In this document: piece by piece, positions 46,260 through 59,253 of the stretch
Numbering within the stretch: the stretch's first letter is position 1
Layout: each line of letters starts with the position of its first letter
DNA from: Selaginella moellendorffii
Lineage: Eukaryota; Plantae; Lycopodiophyta
Reading direction: 5' to 3'
DNA length: 64,000 nucleotides
Assembly: GCF_000143415.4 (NCBI RefSeq)
Contig: NW_003314276.1
Span: forward strand, 250,336-314,335
Made by a program: the position numbers and the translations under genes
Notes under the pieces: generated by a model
Database searches by the model: none
Seen by the model: only the letters and a program-made list of their open reading frames with translations
What the model was told of the DNA's origin: nothing

Positions 46260-49200
46260 ATGTATATTTATTTGAGCAAGAAGATCAGCATTCCACACGG
46301 TTTGCAGCTCAGGAGCCTGTCTTGGAACACGCAACAGGGATGGCTGGCCTGCGGGACTGATCATGGCATTGTCAAGGTGGGTTTCTGGGAGTTTGCTTGG
46401 GATGCTAGGCTCTTTACTCTGACAGGTTCTCAAGCTCCAAGATGCATCCGGAGTGAAGGACGATGGGTTTTTCACCACGCAATCGAACCTTTCCATGAAC
46501 CAGACGCTTGAAGGGCACCGGGGTTCCATCCTAGTAGTTAACTGGAATCAAAACTACCGAAAGCTGACGTCAAGTGATGAGAATGGACTCATCATCGTTT
46601 GGATACTTCATAAGGTGTCAACTGTTTTAGAAAGGTGATCACTTTTAGTAGGTGTGTACTTACAGGGAATGTGGTTTGAGGAAATGATTAACAACCGCAG
46701 CACAAGCGTTGTTCGTGACATGAGATGGTCTTCTGACGGCCGTAAAATTTGTTTTATATATGAAGATGGCCATGCAGTGTTGGGAAATGTGGATGGAAAT
46801 AGAATTTGGGGAAAGGAGCTTAATCACCGGCTTGTGCTTGTCGAGTGGTCACCAGATGGTAGGCTTGTGCTTTTATGTACTAAAGAGGTTAGTACTAACA
46901 ATCATCAACAGCCTGACAATTTCTGCTTTAATATTCTCAGGGAAAATGCTTGTTATATGACTGCCATGGCAGCTTTGTTTCCAATCTTGCATTACGATTT
47001 GAAGTGGATTCAGATATTGTTGGTTTACATTGGTATGGTGGGTTTGAAGGTCTAGATGACACTTATCCTCCAACACTTGCAATAGCACTTGAAAGTGGTA
47101 AAATTCAGGTAACCTGCATGCTGATTTTTCTTACAAAAATAACTTCTTTTTCCCAGCTAATGAGGCATGAGCTTGACGGAGAACCTATTCTTGTAACTGC
47201 AGAAATGACGACTGCCTCAATCAGGTGGAACCCCAATGGTACANNNNNNNNNNNNNNNNNNNNNNNNNNNNNNNNNNNNNNNNNNNNNNNNNNNNNNNNN
47301 NNNNNNNNNNNNNNNNNNNNNNNNNNNNNNNNNNNNNNNNNNNTCAAGAACCCAGGAGGATACTAACTCAATAGTGAAACTCTTTTCCCCACTGGGATTT
47401 CACTTGAGAACCCTTCACGTGCCAAACACCAAAGTCAGGTACAATGCATTGAAAGATGACACAGAGGGTTTTGTTTTTTCTCACTTTCAGGGCAGTGACA
47501 TGGGAAGGGACTGGCTTGACGTTAGCAATTGGAGTGGATGCAAGCATATACCTCGCAAGTATTAGGCCTGACTACAAGTGGACTTTCATTGGCCAAAGTA
47601 CATGTGTATATAGCTTTAAAAAAAAGCACCCTGATGAGCACTGTGTAATGTTCTGGGATGTAGCTACTGGTGACAGGTTAATTATTTGCAGTTACTTCAT
47701 TTTGTGTGTTTTGTCCTCAGAGAGCTACTGTTGGTTACAGGTACTTGAAACACGTCAACAGACTTTGTGCCGTGTGCGGTTCAGGAGGCCATTGTGTTTT
47801 GGCTACAAAGGTACTAGGCTATTGATAAAAGGAATAATCAGTTTTCGTTTTTTTCAAATATCAGGAAGAGGAACCTAATCAATATATTCTTATACTTTGC
47901 AATGCCATTGGCAATCCTCTCGAGTCAAACCACGTGACCATAGAACCAGTCCTCATGACTATGAATGAAGTAAGATATGGGAATAGGCCTGACTAAAGAG
48001 CTTTATTTTGTTTATTCAGAATCAAGTTTTTGTGGCATCCAAAACTGATGTGTATGTATGGAATTATCGAGATTCTTTACCATTACTATCTTCCAAACAA
48101 CTGCTAAGTTCTTTCAGCAATGATCGAAGCAAGGAATCCAAAGATCATACATATTGTTTGGACTGGAAAATCAATACAGGCATCAATCAGGTATATAACT
48201 TTACAAATGGACTCTACATATTTTGTTTTCTGGTAGGACAAGATGGACCAAATATGTTGCGTCTTCTGCTCACAGACAAACTTCTGGATTGGCTGTGAGT
48301 CCGGTGTGTTACACTGGTACGAACTGCCTTCACATAAATTAGCAGGGAAGATGTTTTTAGAATGCAGGCCTCAAGGTAAGGTATCAGTTGCCATATTTTT
48401 AATCTTTTTCTCTGTGTTCTATGGCCAGCTATTGACGTGAACAGTGACTCCACGAGATTAGCAGTAATTGATGTTGATGGATCATTTTCTTTCCGAAATA
48501 ATGTTCACATGGTAACTGCAATGAGTTACACAATCAAGCACTATTGAGATGTGTTTCAGGACCGAAAGTCAGAGTTCGAACGTAAGGCTGTATGGAATAT
48601 GAAATGGGCGGATGACAATCCAGATTTGATCGTGATAATGGAAAGATCTCGGATGTACGTTCTTAGGGGTACCGAACTTGAAGAGCCTGTTTCTTGCAAT
48701 GCATATTTTTGTAGTTTTCACAACCTACAGGTGCTGTGCTATGTTTTCTTCTGTCTTACTCAGCAACAACTGCTACAGGTGTTAGCAATTCGGCTTGACG
48801 ATGTTATGCAACAGCCAGAGCAGCCAACAAGAGCCCATATTTTCAGTTATGAGACCAAATCCTTACGTGATACACATCAAATTCTCCAAGCGGTTGAAAT
48901 TAAAGACGCCTACAGCTATGTAGAAGAGCATGGACATCCACGACTATGGACATCCCTTGCTGAACATGCTTTGGAGCACCTTGACTTCAGTGTTGCTGCA
49001 AAGGTAAATATGACCAAGAATACGTCTTTTCACCATAATTTTGGTGCAGGCGTTTGTAAAGTGCAAAAACTACTATGGCATACAGTTTGTTAAGAAAGTC
49101 GAAGCTCTTCGAGACAAGAACCTGCAAAATGCAGAGGTTTGTTGCAATCGACTTCTCTCTAGATCGCTAACTCGACTATCTCAGGTATGTGCGTACTTTA

Positions 49201-50866
49201 GAAGGTTTGAGGATGCTGAAAGAATCTATATCAACATAGATAGGAAGGATCTTGCCATTCACATGCGAATGAAAATTGGGGATTGGTTCCTGTAATACGT
49301 TTCTTTTCTATAGAGAGTTTTTAACTTCTTTCTGGTCTCAGAGTGGAAAAGCTTTTGGAAAACTTTCCTGGGAACAACTCACTTCTGAAGCTAACCTGGA
49401 ACAATATCGGTGATCACTTTGTTGTCACGCAAAAGTGGAATGACGCTGCAAGATATTATAGCAAAGCAAAAAATTTTCAGATGTTGGCCGAATGTTACTC
49501 TGAACTTCATCACTGGACCAAACTGCAAAAACTTATGGACCATGTTGAACATGGTTCGCCCCTTCTGGAATCTATAGCAAGAAAATTTATGAACATTGGC
49601 GTTTGTGAGCATGCGGTAATAACGCCATCAACTTTCAGAAACTTCTGAAGCAGTCTGGTTTTTTTTTAGGTCACAGGTTTTACAAGATCGGGTAACATAA
49701 AGGGAGCTTTAAACTGCTGCTTGCAATTGAATGATTGGGAGAAAGCAATCAAGCTGGCAGAGTTACATAATTGTGAAAAAGAAACGCAAGAAAGACTCAG
49801 AACCTTCATAAATGAGCTTTTAGAATCTGGTAGCACAGTGTCAGCTATTTACGTTCTCCAAAAGGCTGGGAAGCATTTACAAGTAGTGAACCTACTCAAT
49901 GAGCATGCCAAGATAATCTCTTTCACAAAGGCAGGTTCCAACAGTTCCCAATATTTTGCTGATAATATTTTGCAGAGTCATGCATTGGAAGTTAAAAAAA
50001 TATACGTGCTTGCTGCCTTTGAAATGGAAGCTTACATAGCAAGATCACTGGATTTACAGGTATATTTGTAATCTGTAAACTATTGTTACTTCTATGTTGC
50101 AGCACAATGCAGACTCTCTAGATCGCTCAGATAGGGATATTCGGAACGCCTGGCACAACGCAGAAGCATACCACCTTTGGATGCTTGCTCACCGCGAGCT
50201 TTATTCTGGAAATATGGAACAAGCGGCAAAGGTAATAGCTTTTGTGAGCTTGCGGAAGTCTCCATTTGTCATGCAGGTTTCGTGGTGGTTGAAAGATTAT
50301 GAAGACGTGTTACAACCGCATAGTATATACTCCCTGATTGCACTCACATCATACTTCTGTGGGGTAAGTTGGTCGTATTAAGAAGCATAGCTAATTATGT
50401 GTCAATGTTTTACAGTATTACGAGCAATGCAGCAGGGCCTTTACTGTGCTGGAGCTAAATCGTAGCATTCCAGAACAAGAACGAAAGGACTATAAAGAAA
50501 TGGCAGCATCCATCTTTTCAAGGCATCAACCCGTTAGTAATGCAAAAGTAAGCAGTGGAATACGAAAATGCCTGAGGTGTGGAGTCTCTTTGGAGGTAAA
50601 AGCTGATTTAAACATCTCAAATATAGAGAGGAGTTTTTTTTCTTGCGTTATAGGATGAACTCAAGCGTAGGTGTCTGACACCTAAATGTACGGCAACTTT
50701 TCCCATATGTATGGCAAGTGGAACTCAAATCTTGCACGAAGATTTTGTCAAGTGCGGCTACTGCAAATCTCTCATGATATCTTCCAAGCTCAAGTACAAG
50801 GTTCATTGCCCGCTCTGTCATTCGCCACTAGAAAACCATCCCAGTGCTATGCATCTTTTTAAATAG
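46260..50866 (+). CDS. WDR35: WD-repeat protein 35 / IFT121 (IFT-A subunit), many short introns, spans an assembly gap
   Basis: N-terminus MYIYLSKKISIP; motifs NLSMNQTLEGH, KLTSSDENGLIIVW, MWFEEMINNR, HPRLW..LAE and AWHNAEAYH; C-terminal CPLCH zinc ribbon; stop TAG at 50864-50866. Confidence 0.95.
47244..47343. other. Assembly gap (100 N) inside WDR35
   Basis: Run of N. Confidence 1.
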
Positions 50867-51166
50867 AAGAAGGTTGCAAGTTCTGTCCTGAGCTGGTGCA
50901 TGTGAAATTTATTTCCTTTGTCCAAGAGGGAAAGAAGAAAGAATTATAGCGTTTTTCATCCAATGCCAGAACACTGGTACACTAAATTAGCGAAAGTATG
51001 GACCACCCAATTTACTGGCACAATTTTATTGCTCGCTATGACTTTCTGCCGTCACTTATCTGCTTCCAGCATCAAAACTCTGCCAAAAAGTATTCAGCTC
51101 AGTGAAATGTGGTGAAAGAATATTTGTCTAGGGTTAGGTTCATGTGCATAGTTTTTTTTGTAAGCA

Positions 51167-54100
51167 ATGACGGAGAAAGAAGTGAGCGTTTCTTCGCCAC
51201 CTGAGCGAGCACCTGATGTTAATCAGGGTGTGGAGAATGATGATAAGGAAGAGCGTGGAGGATGGACAATGCCTCAACAACAGAAAACACCGAGCAAAGC
51301 AGTGGGATTTGAGGCTGCCAGCGCGAGTGGGGAGCAGCCACAAGAACTCAAGGCTCAAATGAAACGACGAATGTCGAAGATGAAGAAGATGGTCTCGGAA
51401 TTGGGACTTAAGCAGGAGAGTGTGGGTGGTCTTATTGATCTCTCTTTCTTGCCAGGATTTGCAAGTGATGAGGTTAAAGCGCTTAACAAAGATGTATTGA
51501 AAGCTGAGAAAGAACTTCGTGATGTTGAGGTTTGATAAAACTTAACGGTCAAAGTGCAGTAATTACCTAGTCTCTCTTGTACAGGAATTAGTGGAAGAAC
51601 AAGAGGAAAGATCGTCTATAATGGAAGAGCATATGAAACGTGTAAGGCAAGAGATCACATTTACACAGCTCAGAGCCGATGTCAAACGAAGAGAAGCTTT
51701 CACGGAAGAGAATTTGAGAAAAATATCGGAAATGGAAGCGAGAAGGCTAGAGGTAAGAACTGTTCAATTAATTCCGTTCCTTATTTATCGTACTCTTTAT
51801 TTCAGAGAGAGATTCGTAAGTTTGAGAAAGACACGGATGAACTCAATGATCGCATGAGGGGACTTAAGGCCGCTATCAATAGTGGTAACGAAAAAATGGA
51901 CGAATTTCGACTTTTGATGCAATGGAATCAGGTTTAGTTTCTTATATGAGGACGTAACACTTGTGATAATCTGATTTGTCTAGTTATCATCTCACTGACA
52001 CGTGTCATGTAGGGAGCAGGAAGAGCTGGATCAATGGATGCAAGCAGCTAGGCAGAAAGACGAGGATAGTGTTGCACTACAGAGCTATACGAAGAATGAT
52101 AGTTCTAAACTCAAAGAGCTTTACCTTGAACTAGAAAAAGCCTCTGGAGGCCTTTATAATCTCCAGCAGCAGCTTGATGATGAAGTTACCGAAACTCAGA
52201 GTGCACAGATTCAGCTGAACAGAACGGCAGAAGTTTTCAAGTACGTGGAATTGCAGCGATTTATTTATTTTTCTTTCATGATCAAACAGAGATTTACAAA
52301 ATGAGAGACAGAAGCTCGTTGTCATGTGGGAGGAGACAATAGAAGCTATCCATATGCGTGACGAAGGCATTCATAAAGCTGCCGAAGAGTTTGCAGCAAA
52401 CAAAGCTGTACTTCGCCACAAAAAAAGGCAGCTGGATGGTCTGTCTACCAATCTAGATGGAGAAGTCGAGAAAAATGTGAGATATTTTTGGCTATGCAAA
52501 ATGCTCTAGTCTAATAGATATGGTATGTCAGCTGGAATTTGACAGGCAAATCGAATTGGTGGAAGAGGACATTTCAAAATTACGGGATGATCTCAAAACT
52601 GGAGTTTCCAAGTAAATAGATCTTCATTTTCTGCTGTTATACACAGTGTTATTGTTTTTTAGCACAAAAGACGCGGAAGAAGAGTTAGAACTTTTGAAAA
52701 GCCGAGTGACACGCGCAATAAATGATCTAGCAAACGAGAAAGCTAAGAAAACGCAAGTAGAAGAGGCAAGTTGTATTTGATTTATCAATTGCTTCTAATG
52801 ATGTCTATTCAAACAGGACCTTGTAAATAAGAGGAAGAAACTCGAATTAGTAGAAAGGAAACTAGCAGATTTAAGGATAAAAGTCGAGGATGAGTACATG
52901 CTTCTTGACACACTGGACAAGAAGAGACATGAGCTTGAAAAAATCCTTGCAACTGAGGAAGTTAATCTAAAGGTTGCAAGAAAAGAGGTGTCTGACTTAC
53001 GCGAGAGACATTTTAAGGAGTCTGAGAAACTAAACGACATGAAAGCGAAAGGTGGCCTGACCTGTGTTCTTTCTTGTGTAAACTTGTTGTTATATTGCAG
53101 AGAAAGATATTCTATTTGAAATCCATGGGGCCAAATCTCAAGCAAAATCTCTGACTAATCAGATTCATCAGTTAGAATCGAGCATGATCAAGCAAGAAGA
53201 GGTGCTGTACTCGGCCGAGTTCCAGATACAGTGCCTTGAGAGGAAAGTAGCCCGAGCCGGTGGTGAGACAAGTGATGTGGAGGCTCGTGAGTTTAATGCA
53301 AAAATTCAGCAGCTTGAACAGGAATTGCAGGAGAAACTAGCAGAGGAGGTGATTGTTTTGCAGCAGGTACTGTTGACAATGAAATATGTTAATTTTCATA
53401 ATTGAGTATTTTCAGCTCAAAAAATCTCAAGACGATCTTAGAGCGGCCGTACGCAAACGTGAAGAATTAACAAGAAAACTGAATCAAATTGAGGAAAAGA
53501 ATGCTGAACTGTCATTAGAGTCAGAAACAGGGCTTCATACCCTCAAGGTAATCACTGGCTAGAGTGAATCTGGTACTCACATTAGTATACCAGCAGAACC
53601 TTGTAAAGGAAAAGGAAGAAAAGATGCTTTCGCGTGATCTTCTGCAGATGGAAGTTAATCGCCTCCAGGGAATGCTAAGCAAGAATGCCGGTATGATGTA
53701 TGAACTAGGATGATAAGCTTTAAATGATTTTTTTCCTTTATACGGTTTGTATATATTTGAAGATGCCGTTTTTGGAATGGAGAGCACAAAAAGAAGACTT
53801 CAGATGAGTATGGAGGAATGTCGACGGGAGATTGGTAGTCGACATGAAAGACATATGTCTGAATTAAAAAGCTTACAAGATGACTTGCACTTTATGCTTA
53901 TGCAAAGGAATAAGATGGCAGTAGCTGTTGAGAAGGTGGTCATAGTGTACTTGATAGAGAGTACTAACATACTCTCCTTTCCCAGCTTCGATCCAAATAC
54001 GAAGTTATACTAAATAGAGTCAAAATCGAAAAGAATGCAGAAAGGTCACCAAATTATTTTGTCATTAAAGCTGCACAGGAGCGAGAAGAAATTCAGCGAG

Positions 54101-55004
54101 AAGGCTATAAACTTGAACAGGAGGTCAAACAGGTCAGATAGGTTTTATTTATGCAACACATTTGTTTACATTTCTAGGTTTCTACTGTTTATCTTACTTT
54201 GCAGGTCCAAGCAGACGTTTCGTCTCTTGCAAGGGCTTTTGAAGATGTAAAAGACGCCAACACACTCTACAGGAACAGTCATAAGACTGCAAACACACTG
54301 AAGCTTGAGAATGAAAAAGCACATTTGAAGGTAGTCTTTGAGCAAGCCAAAGAGCGGCTTCAAAACAAGGTAGAATTGGAGCGGGCTTTGCTGAAAGTAA
54401 GTTATTGCACCAAACTTGCTCCAAGTGCCATATGCGTATGGTGGCTCTTTTAGGAATTTGATCAAGCCGAACAGAGAAATGCCACCACGGAGGAAAAAGA
54501 GAGTCATGAGTTGGAGACCTTGAAGATCCTCCAACATCAAGTTGAGACAGCTGAAAAAGATAACAAGGAGCACACCAAGAAACAACGGCGAGCAACTGTA
54601 CGATTTGAAAGGCTAGCATCAAAACTGAAAGAATCATATGGGTACTTGAGAAATCAAAGCTTTTACATTGACTTAAGAAGTTCGTCCACTATAGGGACTT
54701 AGATGCTGAGCGCATTGCAAAGGAAATGCAACTGTCTGAAGCAAGAGAAACAATAACAGATGTTTTATATAAGCTGAAGGCTGTGATTCAGGAAAACCCT
54801 GATCTAGGCCGTATTATCCAAGAACGAGTTGCTGACGCTGGCTTTAAAATGCCATCAAACACTTCAAGTGTAAAGTCAAACGTTTCTGGATCAACAAGGG
54901 GAAGCATCATTTCGAGCAGAGGCTCCATATTTTCAGCTGGAATGCCTGGCTCAGCTAGAACCTCAAGAAGTGGTAGTGTTGTGACAATGGAATTTCTGGA
55001 GTGA
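51167..55004 (+). CDS. CCDC39: Coiled-coil domain protein 39 (FAP59, axonemal 96-nm ruler), multi-exon; start codon uncertain
   Basis: LPGFASDEVKAL, MQWNQ..EELDQW..ARQKDEDSVALQSY, ETQSAQIQLNRTAE.F, LYSAEFQIQCLERKVARAGGE; Ser-rich tail; stop at 55002-55004. Confidence 0.88.
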
Positions 55005-57876
55005 TCAAGAAAAAGTGAGAGAAGAGGGATGTAAAGCTACAGACAATGGTGGTCCAGATTGCTTGACGTGGCAAATCAGATCTAATATGATCCATATCTA
55101 CATGGTATATATATGTATACCATACATACAGACCTCACAAGCAAAACTCTTTTTATATGGCAATTCTTATTTTCATGCAGGAAAATTGCTATGCTAGTGT
55201 TTTTGAAATCAGTCCTTGGCTGTTAGCCAACACACTCAAAATTATAAAAAGGAGTAAGAGAGAGTATATGATATAAGTATATAAAGATACCTCTTTTTTG
55301 CCATATAGGGTTGGTGAAGATGTCAGGTAGCTTTTTGTCACCAGCATGATTTTTTGTTGATGAAAGGTTGTGAGAGTGATTGTTTTCCTTGTCGGTTTTG
55401 GCATGAGCTGGTTGCTTAAGATCAGAAGGCATGCAATACTTGTTGCAATGTTTACTTGATCAATCTAATCCTCATCTTCATCCGACACTGTTCTTAGGAT
55501 TGCCTACAGAGGATGCTCACTTGTAGATCATGCATTTCTTGATGGCATTACATACCATGGTTAGGATTATATGCCATAGCTTGAAGAACTTCCTCTATGT
55601 TTGCAGGGTGCTGCACTGTTATGGTTTGTGAATCTTGCAGCTCCATCAAACACCTCTATTTAACTGGTGTTTGAATGATGTGTTGAAAATGCATTCATTG
55701 CATTCAGATAAAGTCCACTATGCAAAACTAAGAAACCTACCCAGGTTTTTGTAAGAAAAATCCTAAACCATGGTTGGTTTCTGAACCCTGGTTTTGAACC
55801 CTTATTTATACCGTTGGTTTAAATTCATTCTTCTCCATTTTAGTAATTAATCTAGATTTATAGAAAAATATAAAATATTTTTATAATAAAGAAATTAGAT
55901 TAGTTCCAAATCAAAATATTTAGTTTCAAATCTCTCGTCTGCCTAATCTATAAGTGAGTATGATTGGCATCTTATGTGATGAGACATCCCAGACATTTCT
56001 GTATACTTCTTACTAAGACTCAATCAATTCCAATGCCAGCTTCCTTTTGCCATTCTCTGCACTGCTCAAAGAAAGCTGTCTACAAAAATAATGCTATGAG
56101 AAAACAAACCTATTGAAGCAACAATAAAAATTCCCATTTTGAAGTACATGTCAACACCACCCCCAAGTCTAGCTATACTTGCTCACTTAGAAAGAAGTCA
56201 GTCATTCTAGAGGGACAAAGAATCAATAAGAATTAGTTTCTTACCTCCTTTCAAATTTCTTTCGTTGAAGAAATGCTAGAAAAAGAAATTTCAATCCATG
56301 ACTAGGCCATGGCTGCAGTAGTATAGACTATGGCTGTGAAAGGTATCAGCTATTCTGGATGAAGGAAAAGGAATGAGAAATTCTCAACCAAAATGATAAA
56401 GAGTTTAAACCAAGTTTGGACCACATATATCAAAGGGTGGACATGTTTAGGGCCCAATATATCCAAGTCTGAATACTATTACACATCCTGGGCTGAAAGC
56501 CCAAACCAATTGTCTTTTGGAGAGTAGAGGATTCTAAAATTATAGTATGGATAGTGAGGCTAAGAACTCAATCTTCAATCAACTCTCAAGGGGTGCTTTC
56601 AAACCATGTTGGGGTTAAAACTAGGGGCTATCAACATTAAATAGTAGTGAGCATAGACTTAAAGGGTACTAGGGAGGCCTCTCAAGAAAATGCTCAAGAG
56701 AAATTCCCACTCCTGAAAGAGAAACTAATTATGGTACTCTAGGCCAAGAGGAGTTATGCCCCACTTGAGTACTGAGTAAGGCTTTTTCTACCTATACTTA
56801 CATTTTTGCCCCCTGTGTACAAAATAGTGATAAACAAATAGAGACAAGAATGTAGAGAAGAGAAAAGAAAGAGAATAAAAAAGAACTTAGCCTTGAATGC
56901 CAAAAGTGTGAGTAAGGATTTATAAGCATATATCACTTTCTCAACTCTATTTTGCACAAATAATCATAGGCGAGAGAAAAGATGGTTAATTCAATGCAAA
57001 TGCATACAACAGTGAGTGGGAGTGTTTTCCAACATGTCTAAGTGCTATTTATATACTACATGATTTTGTAACCATTCCTAATTGTTTCTTACTTGTTTAT
57101 GACAAGCGTTACCTAGGTTGAGTCTTTCTTCTTTAGATGCGTATGCTTAGACATAACTCCATTTTGCCTAAGCTTTCTTTTTTTGCTCTACTTGAGAAGA
57201 TACACACATGACTCTATCCACTTTCTTGGTGATTGTCTTGAGGTAGCTCAAGACCTGCGTGTGGTATTTTGTTGTTTCTTCATCTTCTACTAGCTGCATT
57301 GGCTTGTTGATTGGCTGCTTGCTTCCCTTGATTTGTTGAGCAAGCTCCTCTATGAAGCTTCCGACTGCTAGTTTGCAAGGTTGACTCAGAGACTTGTGAG
57401 CAAAGGTGTGGCTAGCCTTGACCTTGTAGTGCTGCTGTGGTGTTTGCTGCAGCTGTGGCTACCTCATCTCACTAGACTGTTTGGCTGAAGGTGTGTTGCT
57501 GTCAAATGCGTAGGTGGACTGAAGAAGACTTAGCCTGTACTCCTTCGGTTCACCTAGACTCTCTTTTGTAACCTTGTCCTCTTTGTCCCCTTGAGTTTCT
57601 TGGCTATGATCTTCTTGGCCTAAACTCACCTCATTGGCTATATATACAACCAATGGTTTTGCAATATCTATAGGTGTATCTTGTATCAAACTTTGTGGTC
57701 TAAGTTGTGGAATTTCTTCTACAAGTTTGGGGTCCATTGTTTGCCTAGTGTTGTCCATTTGTGTACTCATCACTTCCTTGATGCTTAGAGAGATTTGTAT
57801 TGCATCAGAGTTGTCTCTATAGACAGATATGTCACGACTCTATTCCTGATTTGAGCGTGGTGTTTTATCACCGTAC

Positions 57877-59253
57877 TGTAAGGAACCAACTCCTCTAGGT
57901 GTCATAGGCAAAAGATCCCTGAAACTATGATTGAAATGATAAAGAGTTCATTGGATGAGACCAAGTCCAAGATCAAGTCCGAGACTGACTCTAAGATCGA
58001 GTTCAAGACCGAGTTCAAGACCAACTCTGAGACCGAGTTCGAGATCAAGTCCAAGATTGAATTTAAGACTAAGTTCAAGATCCGAGATCGAGTCCAAGAC
58101 TGAGTCCAAGATCGAGTTTGAGACCAAGTCTGAGTCCGACTTTGGGTCCAAGCTCGGGTATGAGATCGAGTTCAAGACCAAGTCTGAGGTTGAGTCCGAG
58201 ATCAAGTCCAAGAGGGGGGAGGGGCTATAGGGGGTTCCAAAAATATAGTAGGGATATGAGGTTTAAGAACCAGTTTTGAAGGAACTCTCTAGTGGTGCTT
58301 CCAAACCAACATGAGGTTGAGACTAGGGCTTAAGGGCCTTGGGTGAGAGTGAGCATGGGCTTAGGTGGTGCTAGAGGAGCCATCCAAGGAAGTGCTCAAG
58401 AGCAACTCCCACTCCCAGAAGGGAAATTGATTGCAGTGCTTTTAGCTCATGTGGAGTGGTGCCCCACTTGAGTACCTTATAGCTCATTGGTCCTTGCTCC
58501 TTCCTAGTTCCCAGGGGCTTAGGTCTTCCCCTCGCAATGGTAAAGGGGGGAATAAAGGTACTTATACTGGGCCATTAGGTTATGGTGTTTCTCCCTAGGG
58601 TCTCAAGGCAAATGATGCACCAAAAAGTTAGGATTTAAAGGGTCCCATGATCAATTTTTGTTGTATCAAGGGATGTTAGGAACTTGGAGGCTTGGTGTGT
58701 TTGGCTGCTTGTGCTTGTGGGGAGTGTAGCTGAACCTTAAGTCTAGTCTAACTCAGAGAGGGGGGATTGGGAGAGAATTTGGGAATTCATTGTTGCAAAT
58801 ATGATTTTGAGTATTGAAAGTTACCTATTGGCTGTCCTTTTGGATATTTTTTCCTTAGTGCCATAGTGGTAGTAGGTTGATATTGTTGGACCCTTTATCA
58901 GTTCTTGTGCTAGTGGAGTTAGTTGGGCATTTTGAGTGTACTTAGACCGGATGAGTATAAGGACGAAATTCCTATGTGCAATATCGACCTCCTGCTGTCA
59001 TGGCAGTAAAGAAAGAATATTTGAAAGGATAGCTGACAGGTAACTTTTGATACTCGAAGTCACATTTCCGACATCTATGGACAGATGGCTAACACTCCGT
59101 TGCTCATGCAATGAGTAGTTGAAATCAAATAAGACCAAGTAGGAGTTGGTACAAAAGGTGGGAACCTTAGTAAGGAAACTTAACTAAGGCTAATGGTGGT
59201 CAAATAGACAAGGTAAACTAACAAATTGGAAAGGAAAAAATTTGTGGCTTATA
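57877..59253 (+). mobile_element. Family-B solo LTR with a 283-bp insertion
   Basis: TGTAAGGAACC...GTGGCTTATA; TSD CGTAC/TGTAC. Confidence 0.82.
58791..59073. mobile_element. Mini-element made of two inverted family-A LTR 5' ends
   Basis: 58791-~58980 matches the LTR-A start; 58979-59073 is the rc of the first ~95 bp of LTR-A. TG...CA ends. Flanks TTCAT/TCTAT both derive from TCCAT, the uninterrupted site at 26266-26270. Confidence 0.8.

Noticed and set aside
58945-58980. Hammerhead ribozyme (retrozyme) in family-A LTR: CCGGATGAG...GACGAAA
   Set aside because: The CUGANGA core is absent, and the young copy (6649-6685) reads CCGGAAGGG...AAGGAAA; it looks like a simple hairpin. An Infernal search on the consensus would settle it.
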